From NCBI GenBank assembly GCA_038131795.1, contig JAYPQE010000003.1, forward strand, positions 333,691 to 397,690: a DNA stretch of 64,000 bases, given 5' to 3'. A program made the translations under genes and the position numbers. The notes below the pieces were generated by a model that was not told the DNA's origin, searched no databases, and saw only the letters and a program-made list of their open reading frames with translations. Shown here one piece after another: positions 22,411 to 33,943 of the stretch (position 1 is the stretch's first letter; each line of letters opens with the position of its first letter). The DNA is from Candidatus Eutrophobius brisbanensis (GTDB lineage: Bacteria > Pseudomonadota > Gammaproteobacteria > Eutrophobiales > Eutrophobiaceae).

Positions 22411-23403
22411 TTAATTTCCCATGGATTTATTTGATTGGTTAACCAGTTCCAACGCGCAATGAACAGCGGCAACGAGACTACTGCTGTCGGCCTTGCTGGT
22501 GCCTGCCAGATCAAAAGCGGTTCCATGATCTACTGAAGTCCTGATGATGGGGAGTCCCAGGGTAACATTGACTATATTGCCAAAACCGGTTGCCTTTAAT
22601 ACGGGCAGACCCTGATCATGATACATGCATATAATGACATCCACGGCATCGAGTGATTTTGATGTAAATGCGGTGTCCGCAGAAACCGGACCCTGTATCT
22701 CCAGGCCTTTATGTTTTAACTGTGTGACGACGGGTTCAATCACCTGTTGCTCTTCATTGCCAAGATAACCCTGTTCACCGGCATGAGGGTTTAGACCACA
22801 AACCAGAATTTTTGGAGCGGTGATGCCAAACCGGGCTCGCATATCCTGGTCTACGATGGTGCTGACTTTTTCTATCAGCTCTGGGGTAATTGATTGCGGG
22901 ACCCTGGATAAGGGTAAATGGGTGGTTATCAGTGCGATGCGAAATGTATTATTCATTAACATCATCACGGGATAGGAACCGCAGCGGTCTGCAATATATT
23001 CAGTGTGCCCGGTAAATGCCGTTCCGGCCTCATTTATTATGGCCTTATTGACCGGTCCGGTGACCATGGCGGAGTAATCACCCGCGAGACATCCGTTAAT
23101 GGCCTCATTGAGACAATCCAGTACGAAACCGGCATTTTTAACAGAAGGACTGCCAGGAACTACCTCTTCCGGACAACGTACAGGCAATACAGTTAATTCC
23201 CCCTGGATATGATTAGCATTAGATGCCTTGTCATAATGACGAATAACCACATTACGAGACAGGCGTTCAGCCCGAGCAATTAAGACGTCTGGATCAGTGA
23301 TAATAATGACTGGACAGTCGAAATCCTGTGTTGCGAGATCAATGACGATATCCAGCCCAATGCCGGCTGGATCACCGGGGGTAATGACAATAGGCTTGTT
23401 TAT
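22411..23403 (-). CDS. pdxA: 4-hydroxythreonine-4-phosphate dehydrogenase; no canonical start codon upstream of the conserved N-terminus
   Basis: The conserved PdxA N-terminus (KPIVITPGDPAGIGLDIV...) is encoded in frame between the surA stop (TAA, 23412..23410) and the first ATG (23250), with no ATG/GTG/TTG in that stretch; the 5' end is therefore uncertain. Confidence 0.7.
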   Translation of the reverse strand: MNKPIVITPGDPAGIGLDIVIDLATQDFDCPVIIITDPDVLIARAERLSRNVVIRHYDKASNANHIQGELTVLPVRCPEEVVPGSPSVKNAGFVLDCLNEAINGCLAGDYSAMVTGPVNKAIINEAGTAFTGHTEYIADRCGSYPVMMLMNNTFRIALITTHLPLSRVPQSITPELIEKVSTIVDQDMRARFGITAPKILVCGLNPHAGEQGYLGNEEQQVIEPVVTQLKHKGLEIQGPVSADTAFTSKSLDAVDVIICMYHDQGLPVLKATGFGNIVNVTLGLPIIRTSVDHGTAFDLAGTSKADSSSLVAAVHCALELVNQSNKSMGN

Positions 23404-23409
23404 TGCGCT

Positions 23410-24705
23410 TTAGTCCAGGCGGTATTCAACGTAGGCGTCATCCCTGAGTTCCTGTAACCAGGTTTCGGTTGCCTCATTGGATTTACGCTGTCTGATCACA
23501 TCACGTGCCCTGGCACGACGAATATCATCTGTACTGTCATGTTGCCTGCGACCGATGACCTGGAGGATATGGAAGCCAAACTGGGTCTGGAATGGATCGC
23601 TTACTTCATCAATTTCCATTTCACCCATCACCGCTTCAAATTCAGGGACGGTATCACCTGGACTCAACCAACCCAGTTCACCTCCATCGGCTGCTGAGAC
23701 AATATCTTCGGAGTTGCCCCTTGCCAACTGAGAGAAATCATCACCGTTCTCAATGCGCCGCTTCAGTGAAAGCAGTCGGTTTATAGCTTCGTCTTGACCA
23801 ATAATTTCGCTGGGCTTGATAAGGATATGACGTGCCTCTGTTTGGGTGACGACCATTTCTTCAGCGTCCCTGACATCCATTAACTTAATAATATGATAAC
23901 CACTTGGACTGCGGATTAATTCACTGATATCACCGGTACCCATGGTGGCAATAAAATCCACAAACAGGGTAGGGACCTGACTGTATTTTCGCCATCCCAG
24001 ATCGCCACCGTCCAGCGCAGTATCGCCGTCTGAGTAGGTGGCTGCCAGTGCAGCAAAGTCCGCACCTTCCTGCAATTCAGAGTGGACCTTATCTGCCAGT
24101 TGCCTGGCTTGTTCCAGATCTTCCTGGGTTGGAGATTCCGGCAGGGAGACCAGGATATGGGAGATCAAATATTCCTGTTCCAGGCCACCTTGATGCTGTA
24201 AATTTATTAAAAAGTCATCTACTTCCCGTTCGGAGACAAATACCCTGTTTTCAACCTGGCGTTGGCGTAACCGGGACATCATGATTTCATTACGGATATC
24301 TTCACGGAAGTTTGTATACTGGTAGCCATCGGCCTCCAGTATTTCACGGAACTGATCCAGGGTCAGTTCATTTTCAGCAGCCATCCCGCCAATAGTTCGG
24401 TTCAGGGTTTCATCGTCTACCCGAATGCCTGTGCCTTCTGCCATCTGTAACTGCAGCTTGGTGAGTATCAGTCTGTCCAATACCTGCTTTTCCAGTACGG
24501 ATTGTGGCGGCAGGGGCGTACCTTGCTCCATCAATTGATTGGTGACGGTTTGAACCCGAAGGTGCAGTTCACTCTTTAATACGACATCGTCTTCTACTAC
24601 CGCGACAATCTTGTCTACCTCTTCAGCCGCAAATAACTGCGGTATAAAGGAGGTTAAAATGGTTAACAATATGATTTTTATGTATAAATTCTTAAGCATG
24701 GTCAA
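23410..24705 (-). CDS. surA: periplasmic chaperone / peptidyl-prolyl isomerase SurA
   Basis: 431 aa; signal peptide, SurA_N domain and two parvulin domains. Confidence 0.9.
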   Translation of the reverse strand: MTMLKNLYIKIILLTILTSFIPQLFAAEEVDKIVAVVEDDVVLKSELHLRVQTVTNQLMEQGTPLPPQSVLEKQVLDRLILTKLQLQMAEGTGIRVDDETLNRTIGGMAAENELTLDQFREILEADGYQYTNFREDIRNEIMMSRLRQRQVENRVFVSEREVDDFLINLQHQGGLEQEYLISHILVSLPESPTQEDLEQARQLADKVHSELQEGADFAALAATYSDGDTALDGGDLGWRKYSQVPTLFVDFIATMGTGDISELIRSPSGYHIIKLMDVRDAEEMVVTQTEARHILIKPSEIIGQDEAINRLLSLKRRIENGDDFSQLARGNSEDIVSAADGGELGWLSPGDTVPEFEAVMGEMEIDEVSDPFQTQFGFHILQVIGRRQHDSTDDIRRARARDVIRQRKSNEATETWLQELRDDAYVEYRLD

Positions 24706-27032
24706 AATCCACTCTCGTATCCTGGAATACTCATTCTGAGAAAGTCTACCGTTTTTTGCCCTAGTCCTGCCAGTCCTTTTAGCTCAATTTGCACAAAAAA
24801 GCCAGTTTCGTAGTCTCCTCCAAGGCTGGTGAGGAAGCGTCTGCCTATGGCGCGGATGCCCCAGCAGCAGCTGTTATATTCCACACCGGCAAATAAATCC
24901 AGGGTACGGTCTTCCTCCACAGCATAATTCCAGCGTCCTACCAGGTTCCATTCCTCATTCACTGGCCATTTAAAGGATATATCTGATTGATCTACATTGA
25001 AAATATTGATTAATCGGTTGGCAGGGTTCAAACGGTGTTTGCGATACCCCAGATTGATGATCTGGCCTTCCCCGGGGCGGATCTGGGTCCTTAACGACAG
25101 TTTCTGGATCCTGTCCAGCTCCGGGTCCCATTGAAATTCACTACTAAAATCAATATGTTCAAAGAAATTTGATTCCACACTGGCGATGATGGCCGTGACG
25201 GATTCAGTTTCAGTGGGAAAACCCGGCAAGGTGATATTTCGATCTGACAAGTGTACCGTTTGCCCCAGACTGACACTGCCCAGTTGTCTGCCGGTGGTTT
25301 GACTGTAGACCCGTGAGATCACTGCCATACTCAGTTGATTGGCGTCTCCAAAGCGATCCGCGCCATTGAATCGGTTTTCATAAAACAACGATGAGTAACT
25401 GGGGGTATAAAGTCCTGTATCAAAAATGGGCAGATCAGACTGGTCTTCTTCTTCAACATATAAATAATAGAATCGCGGCTCCAATGTTTGCAGGACGTCT
25501 TGCCCAAACAGGTTGGTCTGACGTTCGAAAAAGAGTCCGCCATCCAGACTGGCCATGGGAATAAATCGGTCTGGGGAGCGATCATCAAAAACGGTGTTTT
25601 CATTAAGTTGATAACTGGTGTAACGCACCCCTGCCTTGGGCGTCAGGTGGTAGGCTACATCCCTGATAGGAAATGCTACGGTAGGAAATAGATCGTACCT
25701 CGCGCCATTGACGTTATCAGGTGTCAAATCACCATCACGGGTAAAATAATCAAACGTCCCCCTGAATGTATATGCCAGTTTCGCATGATGAAATGGAGAG
25801 GCATAATTAATTGCAGTTGAAGGCAGGCGTTTATAGGGGACTGACACATCGGGTATGTTACGGTCAACGATCTGGTAGTTTCCCACCTGGTTATACAGAC
25901 TTAATCTGTGACCGTTTACATTCCAACTGTAAGATGTGATTGCACTTTGTTCCAGGTAGCGTGTGCTGGTGCCAATGATTGAACTGCTGAAGTCTTCCAG
26001 GTAGTCGCGATCTGAGACCCGGTTATAGTTGAGGGCAAATTGCCCGCTCCTCAGGAACGATTGCCTATGGTCAATGGAGATGGAGCTCCGGTCTTTCCCC
26101 TGTTTAACCGAATCATCCGGGAGGTATTCCAGATTGACCGTGCCCTGTCCGCGGTTAAACAGATAGCGGTATTCCCCCATGAGCATGACACCGCTGTTGC
26201 TGATCAGCCTGGGGGTTATGGTGGCATCCATTTGTGGAGAGATGTTCCAGTAATAGGGTGCAAGTAATTCAAAACCATAGCGGCTGGATGACGCAAAGGT
26301 AGGCACCAATAACCCCGATTTTCGGCGATCACTAATGGGGAACGAGATATATGGGGTATAGAAAACCGGAATATCTTTAATTTTTAAAATGACATTTCTG
26401 CCAGTACCCCGTTCAGATTCATGATCCAGGGAGATTTTCTGGGCACTGAGTTTCCAGATGTTGGTAGTGAGGTTCCAGGGGCTGTCAAGGTCTGGGTCAC
26501 AGGTTGTATAGTCCATGACTTCACCTTCAGTGGTACTGCCCAGTTCCACCATGACCTGTCTTGCGCTGCCCCTTCCGCGGTTCCCCAGCAGCCAGTATCT
26601 GACTGATGAAAACTCCCCGGTATCATCATCAAGGTCAATGGATGCAGCAGGGCTGGTGAGATAAATATCATTGTCCCAGTAGTTGATGTCACCCGTTAAA
26701 CTGACAATATTTTCCGGTTCGTTGTATTGAATGGTATCGGCCCGGGCTTGCTGATCGTTATAGGAGAGTTCAGCATTACCATCAATCAGGGACAATCCGC
26801 CTTCAACATATTCGATCATGTCAGCCGTGACGAAAATATCATTTTCTTCCAGTGGCTCAGTGACCAGGGGACGTGGTGGAACAGGCATGGTTAGCGGACA
26901 TATTGAAGCGGATTCAACTGACGTCTGGGTAAAGCCTGTTAAAGGAAATAAAGATAAGGTTGACAAGAATAAACCCTTTGTCAGGCCATTTCTCAAACGC
27001 TGCTTACCTGAATCCAATATTGAATAATACAT
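24702..27032 (-). CDS. lptD: LPS-assembly protein LptD
   Basis: 776 aa; OstA-like N-terminal domain plus a large C-terminal beta-barrel; overlaps the surA start. Confidence 0.9.
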   Translation of the reverse strand: MYYSILDSGKQRLRNGLTKGLFLSTLSLFPLTGFTQTSVESASICPLTMPVPPRPLVTEPLEENDIFVTADMIEYVEGGLSLIDGNAELSYNDQQARADTIQYNEPENIVSLTGDINYWDNDIYLTSPAASIDLDDDTGEFSSVRYWLLGNRGRGSARQVMVELGSTTEGEVMDYTTCDPDLDSPWNLTTNIWKLSAQKISLDHESERGTGRNVILKIKDIPVFYTPYISFPISDRRKSGLLVPTFASSSRYGFELLAPYYWNISPQMDATITPRLISNSGVMLMGEYRYLFNRGQGTVNLEYLPDDSVKQGKDRSSISIDHRQSFLRSGQFALNYNRVSDRDYLEDFSSSIIGTSTRYLEQSAITSYSWNVNGHRLSLYNQVGNYQIVDRNIPDVSVPYKRLPSTAINYASPFHHAKLAYTFRGTFDYFTRDGDLTPDNVNGARYDLFPTVAFPIRDVAYHLTPKAGVRYTSYQLNENTVFDDRSPDRFIPMASLDGGLFFERQTNLFGQDVLQTLEPRFYYLYVEEEDQSDLPIFDTGLYTPSYSSLFYENRFNGADRFGDANQLSMAVISRVYSQTTGRQLGSVSLGQTVHLSDRNITLPGFPTETESVTAIIASVESNFFEHIDFSSEFQWDPELDRIQKLSLRTQIRPGEGQIINLGYRKHRLNPANRLINIFNVDQSDISFKWPVNEEWNLVGRWNYAVEEDRTLDLFAGVEYNSCCWGIRAIGRRFLTSLGGDYETGFFVQIELKGLAGLGQKTVDFLRMSIPGYESGF

Positions 27033-27039
27033 TTATGAA

Positions 27040-27330
27040 TTAATTCGGCAGGTTAATGACGGGCTTGTCGGGGTTAGGTCGGTAAATAGCGGCGATACTG
27101 CCCTTGGTCTGAATATGTATTGCAGAGGTGTGCTCACAGATATTTTTAACTATGGTTGTTCTTTCGTCCTTGTCACCGTTTCTTATTTTAATCTTAACAA
27201 GTTCATGATGATCCAGTGCCTGTTCAATTTCATTCAACACCGCCTCTGTTAGGCCTTTTTGACCTATCCAGATTATGGTATCTCTTTCGTTTAATAGTGA
27301 ACGTAAATATTTTTTCTGATGGTTGTTCAT
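27040..27330 (-). CDS. yhbY: ribosome-assembly RNA-binding protein YhbY (CRS1/YhbY domain)
   Basis: 96 aa; LRSLLNERDTIIWIGQKGLTEAVLNEIEQAL...VKIKI pattern. Confidence 0.8.
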   Translation of the reverse strand: MNNHQKKYLRSLLNERDTIIWIGQKGLTEAVLNEIEQALDHHELVKIKIRNGDKDERTTIVKNICEHTSAIHIQTKGSIAAIYRPNPDKPVINLPN

Positions 27331-27496
27331 AATGATAAATATTAGTGTTAAAGCTTAGAATAATCAGAACAAGGTAAGTTTCCTGCGATTCTATATGTAC
27401 TGTTTATCTCTGTTGGTCAATTTTAGACAATCTGCAGAGTGATTATATCATCAAAATTTTCTTGGAGGCTGCTGATCCACGTTTCTGTCAATGAGA

Positions 27497-28507
27497 TCAT
27501 CTGAAATCAGGCGTTGGTGGACTTTGGCTAATGACAGTTGGGCGGAAATGGTCATCTATCATTGGCGCCATAGCGTTTGCAATAAGAATGGCAAATGCGA
27601 TGCTATCAGGGTTTGCCCCCCATGTCCTGATGGACATTATCAGGCAGCCAATGATTACGCCATATATCAGCTTGCCTGTGGCTGTCGTCGGGGATGTCAC
27701 GGGATCGGTAGCAATAAAAAACGCGGCCAGGACCGTTCCCCATGATAATACATGTATAACCCCGCCTGAATACAGTTCGGGGTTAAAGATATTTAGTGCC
27801 TGGTTCAATACATATAAACTGCTGAACATCGCCACTGGAATATGCCAGCTGATGATATCCTTAAATATCAGGCCCAGACCGCCTAACAGGAAAAACAGGC
27901 TTAACCACTGCCAGGGTTTAACTTTATTTGTATCATTTTGTTGTGAGTCTGGCTGGATATCAGCTAATGGTATGGCGGTATTGCCGGTATCATAGTTTGC
28001 ACTCGTTGAATGAGAATCCGTAGAGGAAAATATATATGTAATTGCCTGGTTAACTGACTCTTCGTTTAGAGTTTGTTGTGCTGGTTGTGGCCAGTGTCCC
28101 ATGTAATCAGGAAAGCATAGAAGGATAAACACAAACGCGGCCACTGCCGGGTTAAACAAGTTGTTACCCAGTCCACCATAAATATGTTTCGCAAAAACCA
28201 GGCCAAACCCCATTCCCATTAAATTAATCCACCACGGGGTATAAGGCGTAATCATTAACGCGAATATTATTGCTGTCACAATCACACTGCCATCGCTGAG
28301 AAAAAGGCAGAGATCCTGTTTGCGGGCTTTCAAGCATACGGTTTCAATCAGGAGGGCAAATATGATCGCCATCAGACATTGTAGTATGACACCTGCTCCA
28401 AAATACCAGACATAACATATGGTCCCCGGCAGCAGGCACAGGCATATCCAGAGCATAGTACGTCTAACGGACCCCCCATTATGATAATTATCGGGTGTAT
28501 CACTCAT
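27497..28507 (-). CDS. rnfD: electron transport complex subunit RnfD
   Basis: 336 aa; NqrB/RnfD family; [12 protein letters not shown]-attachment region; aligns end to end with E. coli RsxD. Confidence 0.85.
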   Translation of the reverse strand: MSDTPDNYHNGGSVRRTMLWICLCLLPGTICYVWYFGAGVILQCLMAIIFALLIETVCLKARKQDLCLFLSDGSVIVTAIIFALMITPYTPWWINLMGMGFGLVFAKHIYGGLGNNLFNPAVAAFVFILLCFPDYMGHWPQPAQQTLNEESVNQAITYIFSSTDSHSTSANYDTGNTAIPLADIQPDSQQNDTNKVKPWQWLSLFFLLGGLGLIFKDIISWHIPVAMFSSLYVLNQALNIFNPELYSGGVIHVLSWGTVLAAFFIATDPVTSPTTATGKLIYGVIIGCLIMSIRTWGANPDSIAFAILIANAMAPMIDDHFRPTVISQSPPTPDFR

Positions 28508-29490
28508 ATAGCGTCATTATTATTTGGGCTATTGCCTGCCCGTTTCTTCAGGGTGCGGGAAATAGCTTCCTGGATATAAGTCAGTTTGTCATCCAGGTTT
28601 TTATTGTCTGCTGGCTTGTCGTTAACGTCCTTTGCATATTTTCTTCTGGTTGAATCAAGGTTGCGCTGATTACATTTTTGCATCCGTTCTCTGGCCAGGT
28701 CTGCTGCTTGGCGTTGATGATTCTCAAGCACAATTTGTGATTTGGCATATTTAAAATGATCGAGCAGGGGAATATGACTGGGACAGACATTGGTACATTC
28801 ATCACACTCTGTACAATCTAAAAGGTTTCGCGCTCTGGATGATAAAAAATCATCCTTTTTAATGTCACGAAAAAGTGCCTGGGGCATGAGGTTCACCGGG
28901 CAAACAGAGACACAATCACCACAACCAATACAGGGCATCTCATTACTAACTTTTTCTGGCCGCTCCAAAATGGGTGTCGGTGTCTGATTCTTTGCAGGTA
29001 CCATGGTAATGCAATTAACCGGGCAGGGGGGGATACATAGTTCACAGCCCGTACAGTATGGGGCAATGACCGTATGCATTTGCCTGGGGGCGCCGATGAT
29101 GGCATCGACAGGGCATGCCCGTATGCACTTTACGCAGCCGATGCACAGGTCTTCATCAATCCTGGCAAGTATTGGGACAGGATCCTGTTGTGGCAGATTA
29201 ATTGGCTTATTGATTTCTCTGCCTAACAGGTTGGCAATAGCCAAAATTGTCTGCTTCCCGCCAGGCGGGCATTGGTCTATACCTGCTTCACCTGAGACAA
29301 TGGCCGTGGCATAAGGTCTGCATCCATCATAATGACATTGGCCACATTGGGTTTGTGGTAGCAACTTATCTATTTGGGTGATAAGTTCGCTGTTCTGATG
29401 GGCTCGATCAGGGCGTACCAGAAAATCGTAAAGTCTAAGCAGTCCTACCAGGCCGGCAAGCAGGATGAATAGAATCATAAAGCCTGTCAT
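28504..29490 (-). CDS. rnfB: RnfB fused in frame to the C-terminal di-[4Fe-4S] ferredoxin domain of RnfC; the RnfC NADH/FMN-binding N-terminal part is absent
   Basis: The first ~185 aa match RnfB (TM anchor, [38 protein letters not shown]). The last ~140 aa match the RnfC C-terminus ([20 protein letters not shown]...[28 protein letters not shown]). Confidence 0.75.
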   Translation of the reverse strand: MTGFMILFILLAGLVGLLRLYDFLVRPDRAHQNSELITQIDKLLPQTQCGQCHYDGCRPYATAIVSGEAGIDQCPPGGKQTILAIANLLGREINKPINLPQQDPVPILARIDEDLCIGCVKCIRACPVDAIIGAPRQMHTVIAPYCTGCELCIPPCPVNCITMVPAKNQTPTPILERPEKVSNEMPCIGCGDCVSVCPVNLMPQALFRDIKKDDFLSSRARNLLDCTECDECTNVCPSHIPLLDHFKYAKSQIVLENHQRQAADLARERMQKCNQRNLDSTRRKYAKDVNDKPADNKNLDDKLTYIQEAISRTLKKRAGNSPNNNDAI

Positions 29491-29499
29491 CTTGTCAGC

Positions 29500-30069
29500 T
29501 TAACCACCAAAACCCAAAAAACCCATGGAGAGTAAACCCAGAGTGATAAACAGGATAGCAACACCCTGAAAGGCATTGGGTATATCAGGGTTGTCGAGCC
29601 GGTTTCTAATTGAGACAAACATCATCAGTACCAATGAAAATCCCACAGCACTGCCAAGCCCGTAAATAAATGCAGATGCAAATGAGCTGACATAGTTAAT
29701 TTTTAACAACACCACTCCAAGCAAAGTGCTATTCACAAGCATTAATGGAATGATCTTCTCAATTTTGATAAAGAGTTTTGGTAAAAAATGCCTGATGATC
29801 AGGCTGTTGACCATCACCGTCATGAATATCAATATGACAGTCCCAACAAGCTGCAAGTATTCCTGTACAAATGGTTGGAATAAATAGATATCAAACAGAT
29901 AGGTTACAGTCGTTACCACCGGTACGGTCAAGATCATAAACAGGCAGGTGTCTGCAGCAGCGCTGCTTTTTTTTGCAGTGGCTATCAGTGGGTCTACGCC
30001 CAACATGTGAGTCAGGACAATGTTATTGACCAGGCCAGCTGAGATGAAAATGAGGAAGAGTTGGCTCAC
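29500..30069 (-). CDS. rnfA: electron transport complex subunit RnfA
   Basis: 189 aa; RnfA/NqrE family, 6 transmembrane helices. Confidence 0.85.
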   Translation of the reverse strand: MSQLFLIFISAGLVNNIVLTHMLGVDPLIATAKKSSAAADTCLFMILTVPVVTTVTYLFDIYLFQPFVQEYLQLVGTVILIFMTVMVNSLIIRHFLPKLFIKIEKIIPLMLVNSTLLGVVLLKINYVSSFASAFIYGLGSAVGFSLVLMMFVSIRNRLDNPDIPNAFQGVAILFITLGLLSMGFLGFGG

Positions 30070-30076
30070 GTATTCC

Positions 30077-32110
30077 TTATTTTATACGCATTCCAGGTTC
30101 AGCCCCATCGTCGGGACTTAATAAATAAATTTTTCCGTTGCCACCTGCTGCCAGTACCATGCCTTCAGATACACCAAATCGCATTTTTCTTGGGGCCAGG
30201 TTGGCAACCATCACGGTTAATTTTCCAACCAGTTCTTCTGGCTTATAGGCAGACTTGATACCGGCAAATACATTTCTTGTTTCACTGCCAAGCTCCAGCG
30301 TCAGCTGCAGTAATTTATCTGCACCTTCCACCTGTTCCGCATTGACTATTTTTGCAACGCGCAGGTCTACTTTAATAAAATCATCTATGGTGATTTCATC
30401 TGCCAGTGGATTTTCTTTTAATTGTCCACTGCCGCTGTCAGGTGATTCAGTGGCTTGTAGACTTTCTTTACTGGCTTCTATCATGGCATCTACCTTTTCC
30501 TGTTCTACTCGGGTCATGAGTGGTTTGAATTTGGCTATTTTGTGTTCCAGCAAGGGCCTGGAAAGGTCGTCCCATGTTAATGGTCCGCAATTTAAAAAGG
30601 CCTCAGATTTTTCGGCCAGATCAGGCAATACCGGTTTGAGATAAATGACCAGGAGGCGGAAACAGTTTAACCCCATGGTACATATGTCCTGAAGGTCCTG
30701 GTCCTTGTCTTCCTGCTTGGCTATTACCCAGGGTTTGTGCACATCTATATACTGGTTGACCTCATCTGCCAGCTGCATAATCTCCCGCATGGCCTTACTG
30801 TACTCACGGGATTCATACATTTGGGCAATTTTATTTGCACTGTCAGCACCACCAATCGATTCAAATAGTCCGGGATCAGCTAGTTTTTCTGATAACTGGC
30901 CTTCAAACCGTTTATTGATAAAACCGGCGCACCGGCTGGCGATATTGATGACCTTGCCCACCAGATCGGAATTAATCCTGAATATGAAGTCTTCAAAATT
31001 CAGATCGATGTCATCTACATATGGACCCAGTTTCGCAGCAAAATAATAGCGCAGGTATTCTGGCCCCAGGTGGTCGAGATATGTGCGGGCATTAATAAAT
31101 GTGCCACGTGATTTTGACATCTTCTGGCCATTCACGGTTAAAAAGCCATGGACAAACACGTTATTGGGTTTACGTAGGCCACTGCCTTCCAGCATGGCCG
31201 GCCAGAACAGGGTATGAAAATACATGATGTCTTTGCCTATGAAGTGGTACATCTCTATTTCACTGTCCTGTTTTACAAATTCGTTGTAATCCAGCCCCTC
31301 GCGCTGACAGTGATTTTTTAAACTGGCGAAGTAACCGATAGGCGCATCCAGCCAGACATAAAAATATTTGCCCGGCTCATCAGGAATCTCAAAACCGAAG
31401 TAGGGTTTGTCACGGGAGATGTCCCAGGGTTGAAGCCCTGCGGTGAACCATTCATCCAGTTTATTGGCAATCTCCTTTTGCAGGTTGTTGCGAGTCCAAT
31501 CCTTTAACATGGATTCAAAATCAGGCAAGTCGAAAAAGAAATGTACAGACTCTTTTTTAACGGGGGTAGATCCTGAAATGGCAGAGACCGGGTTGACCAG
31601 ATCTGTAGGTGTATAGGTACGATTACAGGATTCACACTGGTCCCCATACTGATCCGGTGTATGGCAATAGGGACACTCGCCGCGTATAAACCGGTCAGGC
31701 AGGAACATTTCCTTCACCGGGTCATAAAATTGTTCAATGGTTTGCTGGGAGATATGCCCGCCCGCTTTCAGCTGCTCATAGATAAAGGTGCAGATTTCAC
31801 GGTTTTCATCTGAATGGGTGGTATAAAAGTTATCAAACTCTACATAAAAATCTGCAAAGTCCCGTTTATGCTCTTCCAGGGTCCGGGCGATGAGTTGTTC
31901 CGGGGAGATATTCTCCTTCTCGGCCCTGAGCATAATCGGTGTGCCATGGGCATCGTCTGCACACACGTACAGGCATTCATTACCACGGAGCTTCTGGAAC
32001 CTGACCCAGATATCCGTTTGCAGATATTCCACCAGATGCCCGATATGTATTGGCCCGTTGGCATAGGGCAGGGCACTGGTGACTAGAATTTTTCGTTTGT
32101 CCTGATTCAT
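30077..32110 (-). CDS. metG: methionine--tRNA ligase
   Basis: HIGH (PIHIGHL) and KMSKS motifs, Zn knuckle CPYC...C, C-terminal tRNA-binding domain; start placed at MNQDKRK. Confidence 0.9.
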   Translation of the reverse strand: MNQDKRKILVTSALPYANGPIHIGHLVEYLQTDIWVRFQKLRGNECLYVCADDAHGTPIMLRAEKENISPEQLIARTLEEHKRDFADFYVEFDNFYTTHSDENREICTFIYEQLKAGGHISQQTIEQFYDPVKEMFLPDRFIRGECPYCHTPDQYGDQCESCNRTYTPTDLVNPVSAISGSTPVKKESVHFFFDLPDFESMLKDWTRNNLQKEIANKLDEWFTAGLQPWDISRDKPYFGFEIPDEPGKYFYVWLDAPIGYFASLKNHCQREGLDYNEFVKQDSEIEMYHFIGKDIMYFHTLFWPAMLEGSGLRKPNNVFVHGFLTVNGQKMSKSRGTFINARTYLDHLGPEYLRYYFAAKLGPYVDDIDLNFEDFIFRINSDLVGKVINIASRCAGFINKRFEGQLSEKLADPGLFESIGGADSANKIAQMYESREYSKAMREIMQLADEVNQYIDVHKPWVIAKQEDKDQDLQDICTMGLNCFRLLVIYLKPVLPDLAEKSEAFLNCGPLTWDDLSRPLLEHKIAKFKPLMTRVEQEKVDAMIEASKESLQATESPDSGSGQLKENPLADEITIDDFIKVDLRVAKIVNAEQVEGADKLLQLTLELGSETRNVFAGIKSAYKPEELVGKLTVMVANLAPRKMRFGVSEGMVLAAGGNGKIYLLSPDDGAEPGMRIK

Positions 32111-32186
32111 AATAATTCGTTCTAATTTCCGGGGCATAGTGTACACGAAAGTTGAATATCTTTAACTAAACATCTGAAATTTACCG

Positions 32187-33320
32187 GTGAAATACGGTAT
32201 GATCATCGCTTCAACACAACATGGAAACGTTATGCAGATATTGACTGATGAAGAAATACGAACTGCCTTACAGCAGGTAGTCGATGACAACCTGGAACAG
32301 GACCTGATTACTGCCAATGCCGTTAAGGCGATTGAACAGACAGCAGATACCGTCTCAATTTCAATTGAACTGGGATACCCTGCACTGGGATATGCAGAAG
32401 AACTCAGGCAGAAGATCGAGGAGATTATCTCACCCAGGGTGCATAAATTTATTAATCTAGATGTCTCTACAAATATCCTGTCACATGCGGTACAAAAATC
32501 CGTCAAGCCCCTTGCGGGTGTGAAAAATACCATCGCCGTGGCATCAGGGAAGGGTGGTGTAGGAAAATCCACTACGGCGGTAAATCTGGCCCTGGCCCTG
32601 CAGGCAGAAGGTGCCAGTGTAGGCATATTGGACGCGGATATATATGGCCCCAGTCAACCGCGAATGCTGGGTTGTTTCCAAAAACCTGAATCGAAAGATG
32701 GTAAACGACTTCAACCCAATGTCAGTTATGGCCTTCAGAGTATGTCCATCGGCTACCTGATCGATGAAGAAACCCCCATGATCTGGCGCGGCCCCATGGT
32801 GACGTCGGCCTTGGAACAATTACTGGGTGATACCAACTGGTCCGATCTTGATTACTTAATCATAGATTTACCACCCGGCACCGGTGATATCCAATTGACC
32901 CTGTGCCAGAAAATCCCGGTCAGTGGTGCAATCATTGTCACCACTCCACAGGACATTGCCTTGCTGGATGCACGCAAGGCCTTGCGCATGTTTGAAAAGG
33001 TTGAAGTCTCTGTGTTAGGCATCATAGAAAATATGAGTACCCATATCTGTAGTGAATGTGGACATGAAGAGCACATATTCGGTGAAGGTGGCGGGAGCGC
33101 CATGGCCGATCAATATAATGTGACCCTGTTGGGGGACCTGCCTTTAGACAGAGCCATCCGGGAAGGCGTTGATGTTGGCAAGCCCACTGTTGCCGTGTCT
33201 CCTGATTCTGCGGTGTCTGAGTCCTATCGTTCCATTGCCAGGAAGGCATCGGCAATACTGTCAAAGAAGGCAAAAGATTACAGTGGTAAATTTCCAAAAA
33301 TCGTTGTAGAGGATACATAA
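32187..33320 (+). CDS. apbC: iron-sulfur cluster carrier ATPase ApbC/Mrp
   Basis: SGKGGVGKST Walker A, CxxC motif (CSECGHEEHIFG); divergent from metG as in E. coli; the start could be 32232. Confidence 0.9.
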   Translation: MKYGMIIASTQHGNVMQILTDEEIRTALQQVVDDNLEQDLITANAVKAIEQTADTVSISIELGYPALGYAEELRQKIEEIISPRVHKFINLDVSTNILSHAVQKSVKPLAGVKNTIAVASGKGGVGKSTTAVNLALALQAEGASVGILDADIYGPSQPRMLGCFQKPESKDGKRLQPNVSYGLQSMSIGYLIDEETPMIWRGPMVTSALEQLLGDTNWSDLDYLIIDLPPGTGDIQLTLCQKIPVSGAIIVTTPQDIALLDARKALRMFEKVEVSVLGIIENMSTHICSECGHEEHIFGEGGGSAMADQYNVTLLGDLPLDRAIREGVDVGKPTVAVSPDSAVSESYRSIARKASAILSKKAKDYSGKFPKIVVEDT

Positions 33321-33376
33321 ACGTTCACCAGTAGGGTGGTACAATTGTTAAATCAGAATTTATGTGAGGTAATTTT

Positions 33377-33943
33377 GTGAGTGTAAAATCAGACAAATGG
33401 ATCAAGCGAATGGCTGAAGAACATGGATTGATTGAGCCATTTGAACCTAATCAGATAAAAGTAAGAGGTGACCAGAAACTCATTTCCTACGGCACTTCCA
33501 GTTATGGGTATGATGTCAGGTGTGCACGTGAATTTCGTATCTTTACTAACATTAATTCAGCGATAGTTGATCCCAAGGACTTTGATTCAAACAGTTTTGT
33601 TAATGTTGATTCAGACGTTTGTATTATTCCTCCCAACTCATTTGCACTGGCACGTACGGTGGAATACTTCAGGATCCCAAGAAATATATTGACCGTATGC
33701 CTGGGTAAATCCACCTATGCCCGCTGCGGCATTATTGTTAACGTCACGCCATTGGAGCCGGAATGGGAAGGCCATGTCACTCTCGAATTTTCAAATACGA
33801 CACCATTACCCGCAAAGATATATGCCAATGAAGGCGTCGCCCAGGTGATCTTTTTTGAGTCCGATGAAGTTTGTGAAACATCCTATAAAGACCGGGGTGG
33901 TAAATACCAGGGGCAGACGGGAGTAACCTTACCTAAAGCTTAA
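33377..33943 (+). CDS. dcd: dCTP deaminase
   Basis: 188 aa; Dcd/dUTPase-fold signature. Confidence 0.9.
   Translation: MSVKSDKWIKRMAEEHGLIEPFEPNQIKVRGDQKLISYGTSSYGYDVRCAREFRIFTNINSAIVDPKDFDSNSFVNVDSDVCIIPPNSFALARTVEYFRIPRNILTVCLGKSTYARCGIIVNVTPLEPEWEGHVTLEFSNTTPLPAKIYANEGVAQVIFFESDEVCETSYKDRGGKYQGQTGVTLPKA

Noticed and set aside
32187-32231. Longer N-terminus for ApbC starting at 32187
   Set aside because: Both starts have weak ribosome-binding sites and the homologous region begins near MQILTDEE. Kept as the annotated start but flagged as uncertain rather than meaningful.
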